This document shows, in pieces, positions 56,115 through 64,000 of a stretch of 64,000 nucleotides of DNA. Made by a program: the position numbers and the translations under genes. The stretch lies in the NCBI RefSeq assembly GCF_009914755.1, contig NC_060947.1; one strand, given 5' to 3'. The stretch is from the human T2T-CHM13v2.0 reference genome, Homo sapiens. Position 1 is the first letter of the stretch. Every line of letters starts with the position of its first letter. A model generated the notes under the pieces. The model was not told the origin of the DNA. It made no database searches and saw nothing but the letters and a program-made list of their open reading frames with translations.

Positions 56115-56663
56115 TACCATTTGACCCAGCCATCCCATTACTGGGTATATATTCTAAGGATTATAAATCATCCTGCTATAAAGACACATGCACACGTATG
56201 TTTATTGCAGCACTATTCACAATAGCAAAGACTTGGAACCAACCCAAATGTCCAACAATGATAGACTGGATTAAGAAAATGTGGCACATATACACCATGG
56301 AATACTATGCAGCCATAAAAAATGATGAATTCATGTCCTTTGTAGGGACATGGATGAAGCTGGAAACCATCATTCTCAGCAAACTATCTCAAGGACATAA
56401 AACCAAACACCGCATGTTCTCACTCATAGGTGGGAACCGAACAGTGAGAACACATGGACACAGGAAGGGGAACATCACACTCTGGGGCCTGTTGTGGGGT
56501 GGGGGGGGGGAGGGATAGCATTAGGAGATATACCTAATGCTAAATGACGAGTTAATGTGTGCAGCACACCAACATGGCACATGTATACATATGTAACTAA
56601 CCTGCACATTGTGCACATGTACCCTAAAACTTAAAGTATAATAATAATAAAATTAAAAAAAAA
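56115..56663 (+). mobile_element. Young L1PA3/4-type, 5'-truncated
   Basis: ORF2 C-terminus MFIAALFTIAKTWNQPKCPTMIDWIKKMWHIYTMEYYAAIK, 3' UTR and poly(A); 16-bp TSD agaaaatgacattaca (56099-56114, 56664-56679). Confidence 0.95.
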
Positions 56664-56992
56664 AGAAAATGACATTACAAAATCATGGTCAAATGAAAGG
56701 TGATTAGAGCACATGCAGCCAAAAAAATGTAGGAAAAAAGTACTATAGATGTGTCATGCATTTAAGTAATAAGACATGTTAAAATTGTTTTGAATTTTGT
56801 GAGGTTTGTAATATCTTTCAACTTGCACCTAATTTTATATTCAAAATTTTATGTTCTTTTTCTTAAATAGTTCCCTGTCCTTGCCTGTACAATTGCATAA
56901 GCTCAGGCCTACAAATCCTGGATCTGCCACTGCCCTTTGCAATAGGATTTAAACCAATGATTCCATGTCTCTGGCCCCCCTTTAGATTATGA

Positions 56993-57289
<297 letters not shown>

Positions 57290-57724
57290 GATTATGAATC
57301 TTTCCAAAGCAGGAATAGGGTTTTTACTTTTGCTTTCCTGGTGCCTGGCAGAATGCTGACACATAGTAGTCATTTAATACATGATTGTTGTTTGAACTAA
57401 TGAACCAACAAGGGAGTAGAAAGAACAGAGGATGTATTCTAATTAATTGAGGAAGTGAGTGGTCTGAAAGATTAGCTTGGAGGATTTAAGAGAATGAGCA
57501 TAGAGGTAAGAGAGGAGTACTGAAGGTGAGGAAAGAATGCTAGCCCCTTTTTAAAAATGACAATTAACCTTCCAGTCTAAGGTCACTCCAGGAATAGAAA
57601 AGCACTGCCTGCTGATACAATGAGTCTTAAAGGAAACCAGTTCTCTAGTTTCAAAATGGAAATGACAAAGATCTCCTCTCTTGTCCAAGCATCTTCACTG
57701 CTCTTCCCTTGCTCTCCTATCCTA

Positions 57725-57900
57725 CTCACTTGGTAGCTGTGGGACCTTAGGCCAACCAGTTAACCTCTTTGAGACATAATTTTCTCTCCTATGGACGTAG
57801 ATAAGTTCCTCACAAGGTTATTGTAGGATTAAATGAAATAAGTCCTGTGAAAGCAACTAGTAAAGTACCTGGTAAATAGTAGGTGCTCAATAAATGTTTG
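57725..57900 (+). mobile_element. MIR
   Basis: tagctgtgggaccttaggc...ggattaaatga...agtaggtgctcaataaatgttt. Confidence 0.7.
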
Positions 57901-59419
57901 ATTCCTTTCTTTCTTTCTTTTTTTTTTTTTTTTTGCTTCTTTTCCATGCATTCTGCTAATTTCCTTTGAAGAGGCAGAGTCTCCTCACCTTCCTGTGCCC
58001 TTGTCCTGTTGTACTCCTCTAAGGAAATATTATTTTCTTCCTTGCCTTGGAAGAAACCCTATTTCCTTACAGGGATACTCTTTCTCCCTTGGAGTATCTT
58101 TCCTGGTTATAAAAAAAGTTTATAAGGCCAATGGGTGACCTAGCAGGAAATATAGACATGTTTTACATTAATGGTAAAAGGACAAGAAATCCAGTTTCAA
58201 TCTGTACATTTTGCTACCTTGGCATGTGCTTAGAGCATAAGCAGGAAATCAGCAATTATATGAAGGTTTCTAATATGGTTTTTAATTAATTCCTCTGATT
58301 TTATCAAATGGTGCAACTTGACGAGGTATTAGGCCTAAAGCAGCCGGTAAATTCCCAGTGCCCGAGTCTATCTTTTGCTATTGGGCTAGGCAGCGATGCT
58401 ATCTCCATACCAATGCCAGAAACCCACATTTCAGAAGGTGTATTTCCTGGAGGTGCACGCCAGTGAGAAGTGACTGTGGGATATTCTCCCAGAAATGGGG
58501 AGGTGCTGGCTGCAAAGGTCAGGACAGAGAATAATGCAGCCAAATGCTACTGGGTCCTTTAAGCCAGCACAGCTGCCTTGTGGGCTGCCAATTCTATTCA
58601 TCAGTGGGCAAAATTCAGGTTGGAAAATTTCTTCATAGAGTGTGTGTGTGTGGACTGGAGCAAAAGAAGATTGGAGTGGGCAAAAGAGGCTTATCTAGCA
58701 ACGATTTAAGAACTCAAGGTGAAAGCAACTGAGAGGAGGTTGCTGCTCCCTGTCACAGTTGCCTGCTGCTGCAGCAATCAGAACCACCTCTTCCAGGTGC
58801 AGAAATGAGGGCTTGGAAGCTCTTTATTTCTGTTGCCTCCATTTCACCAACATTTGGCAGCTCCACCAGTTGTAGGAATCAGTTCCCTAAACAGGCTGCT
58901 CTCATTTCTTGTGAATGTATTAAGGAAATATTCTTGGTTTCTAAAAATCAAGAAAAATTGTATACAGATAAAATGCAATTTCCAGACATTGACTTCTTTC
59001 CTCCTTTTGGATGTAAATATCTATGTCTACTTTTCTTCTTTTCTTTTTTCCTCTCATTTTAGAGAAAGGGTTATTCTGCATACTATCCAGGAGCAAACCC
59101 TTGGCGTAGGCTCCGGATTTTACCTCCTCTTGCCTCCTTCTCTAGAACCTTGAACTCTTGATTATTTCCTTTTCTCTCAATCACCTTAGACATTTCTCAT
59201 TTAATTATGTATTTCTTCTCCTCAGTTAACAAACCATCACAAGTCATTTTCCTTAAAACAAATAAACACCTTCTTGTGAACCTATTGCTCCTTGAAACGC
59301 CGTCTAGAAAAATAAAAGCAAAAGCTTCTTTGCTGTTCCCCTTAAAATGTTATCTGCTCATTTCCCACTAGTTTCTTTCAGCGTTAGAAACTAAAAATTG
59401 GGTTGTCAATAGCTTTACA

Positions 59420-59870
59420 GGAAAGCCTCCCTCACTCTCTCAGGCACTATTAGTCATACCTCTTCTGGGTTCTCATAGCACATACTGCTATTATTGTACT
59501 TAGCAACTTGAACACTAGTTTATCTGTTTATCTTGTATTGCCATTTATTTCTTTGTGTCCCTTGTGCTAAACCATGAATCACTAAAAGGAAGTAAATTGG
59601 CCTTTATCTCAGTGTCCCCAAAATAGAATGTTTCATATTAAGAGCCCAATAAATGTTGAGTGGGAGAGAAGGGGACTAACAGCTATTGAAGCTGACCATG
59701 TGTTAGTTTTTCTGTGACTCAGGTGTCATTATACTTACTTTACAGATGAAGAAACCGAAGTTCGCAGAGTTCAAAGAAGTTACCTAAAGTCACATAACTA
59801 ATATTAGAGCTGTAATTCAAATTCAAATGTGTTTGATTTCAAAAGCATGTGCCCTTTCTACTTCGCTGCC
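59420..59870. mobile_element. L2 fragment (+) and MIR (-)
   Basis: cccaataaatgttg tail; tttacagatgaagaaaccgaag...aagtcacataact. Confidence 0.55.
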
Positions 59871-60449
59871 TCTATTGTCTTACACTGAGTCCAAGTGCTA
59901 GTCCTACCAAGTCTCTTCACCCCACTATCTCTGCTCTTCTGACCTCGTGTAGACACCCAATCCCCTGATCCCTGCCTTCTCCCTGTTTGTCTGCTGTCTT
60001 TTGGCCTCACAACCAGCCTAGACCACATGATTACACACTTGAACCCTCTTTCTCCATCACCTTCATCACCTTTTGCCCCACCTACCTGGAAAAATCACCA
60101 CTCCAAGTCAACACCACCTCCCGCAACGTGCCTTCTCTGTTCTGTCACTACTGAAGAAAACTGTATCACTGGACAGACGAGTATCATGGGCCAAAATCCA
60201 TGGTTTCCAACTTCACATGCACTTGCAGGTTTCTTGTTTATCCTTTTACTTGTCTCTGGTCAGCTTCCTCTCCCATGCTGCTGAATTACTGTTCTAACAT
60301 ATACCACTTTCCCCAACCCTCTCTGTTGACCTGTCATCCCCTCATTCTTGGACATTTAGGACAGTTCCACTTTTTTGTTATCATAAACAAGGCTAAGGTG
60401 AACATTCTTGTACATCCTTCTTTTTTTTTTCACTTGATTGTGATTTTTT

Positions 60450-61790
60450 TTCTTAAACAACAAGCTTCTTGAAAAAGTTAGTCCTACCTGTTGCTGCCAT
60501 TTTCTTTACCGTCTATTCACCAATCAATCTATTATTATCTGGCTTCTGCCCCTCCACTTTGTTGAAGTTCCTCTCATCAAGGTCAACAATGGCTTCCATG
60601 TTGCCAAATCTAATGAATAAGTCCTTAGCTTATTGGAACTCTTAGGTGCATCTGACACATCTCAGCATTCTCTCCATCTTTTAAACTTTTGACATCTGGT
60701 TTTCTTTCCATAAATATTAGCTAATACTTACTAAGCATTTATCAGCCACTATACTAAGGGCTTTATATGTATTACAAGTATATTTAATCCTCAAACAATC
60801 GAGGCTTAGAGAGGTGAAGGCATTTGCCCAATGTCACACGGCTGATAAGTGGCAGAGCCTGGAGGATATAAACACACACAGATTGGGTCTGAGTTCATGA
60901 TATTAATCATTGTGCTGGAGTGCAGCGGCATGATCATAGCTCACTGCAGCCTCAAACTCCTGGGCTCAAGTGATTCTCCTTCCCCATCCTCTTGATTAGC
61001 TAGGACTACAGGCATGTACCACCTCACCCAATTAATTTTTTATTTTTTTTTTGTGGAGACAGGGTCTCACTATGTTACCCAGGCTAATCTCAAACTCCTG
61101 GGCTCAAGAAATCCTCTTGCCTTGACCTCCCAAAGTGTTGGGATTACAGGCATGAGCCACTATGCCTGGCTCAGAGTAGTTTTAAAACACACATCACATC
61201 CTGGTACCTCTCCTGTTAAAAGCCTTCAGTGGCTTCTGACTCTAAGAATAAGATCCCACTCTCTTCACCGTGGTCTACAGGGGCCCCTGAGGGTCTGGTC
61301 CCGGCCCATTCCATCTCTTACCTCTTATCCTTCACTCATTAGCCTTAGTCACAGTGGCCTCCTTTCAGCACCCAGAATACACTGAGCTCTTTCTTACCTC
61401 AGCATCTTTGTACATGGTTGCCTACTCTGCCTGGAACACTTGCCCTTTAGTTATTTTTTTTTTTTTCACCTGGCTGAGTCTTTCTTACCCCTGAAGTTCT
61501 GGCCTTAAATGTCACACCTTCAGAAAGGCCTTTCTTAGAGACCTGATTTAAATCCCTTTGATAGTTTCTATCTCCACTCCCCATATGCTTCCTTTATGGC
61601 ACTTATTACAGGTTAAAATTCTTTTGACTTATGTTTTGCGTGTTTTTTAGTGCACCTTTCTTACTGGATTATAAGTTCCATGGCATGGGGACCACATCTA
61701 CACTGTTCACCATTGTAGCCCCAGCACTTGGCAGTGTCTGGCACATTGTTAGTATTCAATAAATAGTCACTGAATGACTGAATGACTTGA
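60450..61790 (+). mobile_element. L2 fragments interrupted by a MIR (-, ~60720-60912) and an Alu
   Basis: ctctcatcaaggtcaacaatggcttccatgttgccaaatctaatg...gtctggcacattgttagtattcaataaat...tgaatgactgaatga. Confidence 0.7.
60914..61171 (-). mobile_element. AluJ missing its 3' end and tail
   Basis: Starts abruptly at gctggagtgcagcggcatgatc with no poly(T). Confidence 0.9.
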
Positions 61791-62039
61791 TAAGTCAAAC
61801 ATCCAATCAATAAAGCAGAGGGGCTATATAAACTTTATTTTTGGCCTTTTAGGTAACAACAATTTACATATTCAGCTAGTAATTTAATTGTTGAGACGAA
61901 TTCATCTTGCTCAACCCAGTTGAGCAGTTTTGTAGGAGACTTTAATCAAGCAAGAAAAGGATATACTTCAAGAAATGTTGGTTCTTAGGCCCTTTATACT
62001 TGTGAGTGTCTCATGTGTGATGATTGTAAGTATATAAAC

Positions 62040-62273
62040 CAGTTGTTCTCAACAGGGGCAATTTTGCCCTGCTCCCCAGAATATCTGGCAATGTCTGAAG
62101 ACATTCTTGGTTGTCAAAACTGGAGAGGGGAAGTAGGGAGTGTTCTACTGGCATCTAGCGCATAGAGGCCAAGGATGCTGCTCAGCATCCTATAATGCAT
62201 AGAACAGTCCCCCTACTCAACAAAAAAAGAATTATACTACCAGAAAAGCCAATAGTGCTTGTGCTGAAAAACC
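62040..62273 (+). mobile_element. MER20 (hAT-Charlie MITE)
   Basis: cagttgttctcaacaggggcaattttgccc...ggcaatgtctgaagacattcttggttgtca...gaggccaaggatgctgct. Confidence 0.85.
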
Positions 62274-62439
62274 AAAAGAGAAACAGGAGTACTATCTACT
62301 TTGTGAAACATAATAGAATGGTCAAATATGGGTGTTAGTGTTCTAGAGGATTTTTAAAACTGAATAATGAAGGATTAATAAGCTCTCTTGTTTTCTAAGA
62401 TTTACTTCTGTTCTTTAGAGCAAGTTTCTGTTTTGAACA

Positions 62440-62581
62440 GAGTCCATTGATGTGCTTTAAGAGATTGCTGAATGGTCTGAAATTATACCCAATATCGTGT
62501 GTATATAAGTACTTATCTGGGAGGAGGAGCTGTGAGATTCTCAAAGGGGTCCATGGCCACCCAAAAGATGAGAAACCACTT
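62440..62581. mobile_element. MER103-like hAT fragment
   Basis: gagattctcaaaggggtccatggccacccaaaagatgagaaaccact. Confidence 0.5.
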
Positions 62582-62789
62582 GTTTGGAGAAACCTTGTGC
62601 TTCTGGACTGTACTTTTAAAAATGTCATTTTGTGGAATGCATGTTCTGCAAAATGTTTAGAAACATGTGTCCTGGAGGTTGTCCTTTAGAATGGCCTTGC
62701 AAGGCAGCTAAGTGTGGTGAAAGCTTAGCTTGGCCTCTTCCTGGTTGTCAGGATTATACCAGTTTCATTGGGTTGTTAGGAGACCATGT

Positions 62790-63255
62790 AAGGTAACTTA
62801 CATAAGCCTCACTGAAGTGTTAGGCACATCGCATGTGCTCAATAAATGTTAATTCTTTTCTTTCTCATAGGATTTTTGTGAGAATTGAATACAATAATGC
62901 TTTGAGAACTAAATAAACTAATGCATGTGGCACAATGTCTGGCAGCAGTAGATGTTTAATAAATGTTTACTTTTCTCTCATGTATTCCTTAAACCAAAAT
63001 CCCGGACCCTGCTGAAAGTAAGGAAAAGAGGATAAGCCCAGAAATCACACAGGTTTGGGATGGAATCCTGACTCTACTACTTTACTAGTTGATCCTGGGC
63101 AAGTTACTTTCTGAGTCTTACTTTTCTCATTGGTAAATGGGGTATAATGCCTACTTCCCAGGGTTGCTGACAGACATATATGAGATAATATATGTAAAGA
63201 ACCTAGCATATATACACTAGGGATATAATTGGTGCTTCATAAATGTTAAGTTCCT
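62790..63255 (+). mobile_element. Cluster of MIR fragments
   Basis: Three tails ending caataaatgtt; cctgggcaagttactt...ctcattggtaaatgggg. Confidence 0.7.
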
Positions 63256-63629
63256 TTTGTATTTAAAGAGTTCCTAAATCCTACCTATATGAAGCATTTT
63301 CTACAGTAGGAAGATAGTTTGCTGAATGCCTGGTACTATGACTTTATCTAAATATAAAACTCAAATATACAATTTCTATTGTTTTTGCTCATACTCACCT
63401 TCATTCATATATGATAATATTTAATTTTGATATTTTTCAATGTTTTGTTCCATGAGCTGTCAGTATTATTAGCAAGAGCTGTGAGGCTAAAATCACATAG
63501 TACCTAATACAGCACCATACTCAGTTTCTACACTTATTAGGCACTCACTGGGTACTAAACTGTCAGCATTTAGGGACTAAGAGGTAATAGGTCCCTGGCT
63601 GTGATATTTTTACCAATATTTATTAACAA

Positions 63630-63800
63630 TTAACAATAATATTAATGATATCTAAAATTTATTGAGTGCTTACTATATGTCAGCCACCATTCTAAACACT
63701 TTACTTAGACCAACACATTTAATACTCACATTAATCTCCATTTTATGGGTGAGAAAACTGAGGGACACTGGTTAAATGATTTGCTCAACTTGCCTAGTAC
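63630..63800 (-). mobile_element. MIR
   Basis: tttattgagtgcttactatatg...cattttatgggtgagaaaactgaggg. Confidence 0.75.
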
Positions 63801-64000
63801 ATTTTGTTACTATGATCCTTCCCTAGAGCTGGTCAATAAAAGTAGGTCTGTCTGATAAATATATTTATTTCATTTTTAAAGTTTTAGTTACAAAAATGTG
63901 TTTACATTCTTTTAAGATGTCATATACACATGGTAAAAATTTCAAAAGGTACCAGAAGGAATATAATGAACAGTAAGTCTTGACTTCTGGCTTCTGGTAA

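Larger units (their letters stand above)
54860..56932 (+). mobile_element. Arthur1-type hAT-Tip100 DNA transposon with nested MLT1 and L1PA
   Basis: 5' agaagctgattcaccatgaagctaat...gcccctcact...gatacatttagtttgggtttag; 3' ataagctcaggcctacaaatcctggatctgccactg. Confidence 0.75.

Noticed and set aside
63391-63505. Minus-strand exon ending at a strong AAG|GTGAGT donor
   Set aside because: Candidate acceptors have poor pyrimidine tracts and all frames contain stops. A non-coding exon is not excluded but is unsupported.

Overview
This window is primate genomic DNA, most likely hominoid (it carries AluY and L1PA3/4-type insertions). It is AT-rich, CpG-poor and mostly made of interspersed repeats: about 20 Alu/FLAM copies, extensive old L1M/L1PB and young L1PA fragments, L2 and MIR, MaLR/ERVL/ERV1 solo LTRs, and hAT DNA transposons. 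I found no recognisable protein-coding exon, CpG island, rRNA, tRNA or CRISPR array. The supplied ORFs are Alu/L1 by-products or noise. The only RNA-gene-derived feature is a full-length retroposed U2 snRNA pseudogene (5872-6059, minus strand). The window looks like a large intron or intergenic interval, and I cannot name the locus. I see no convincing evidence of a new biological system. The best-supported observations concern transposon history: a MER58A split by a 7.3-kb L1 complex, three hAT MITEs stacked on one 8-bp target site, two twin-primed L1 inversions, and several nested insertions with intact TSDs. More speculative observations are repeat-poor islands with regulatory or splice motifs and a possible Penelope-like RT relic. 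Repeat subfamily names come from remembered consensus sequences, and boundaries of old elements are approximate.
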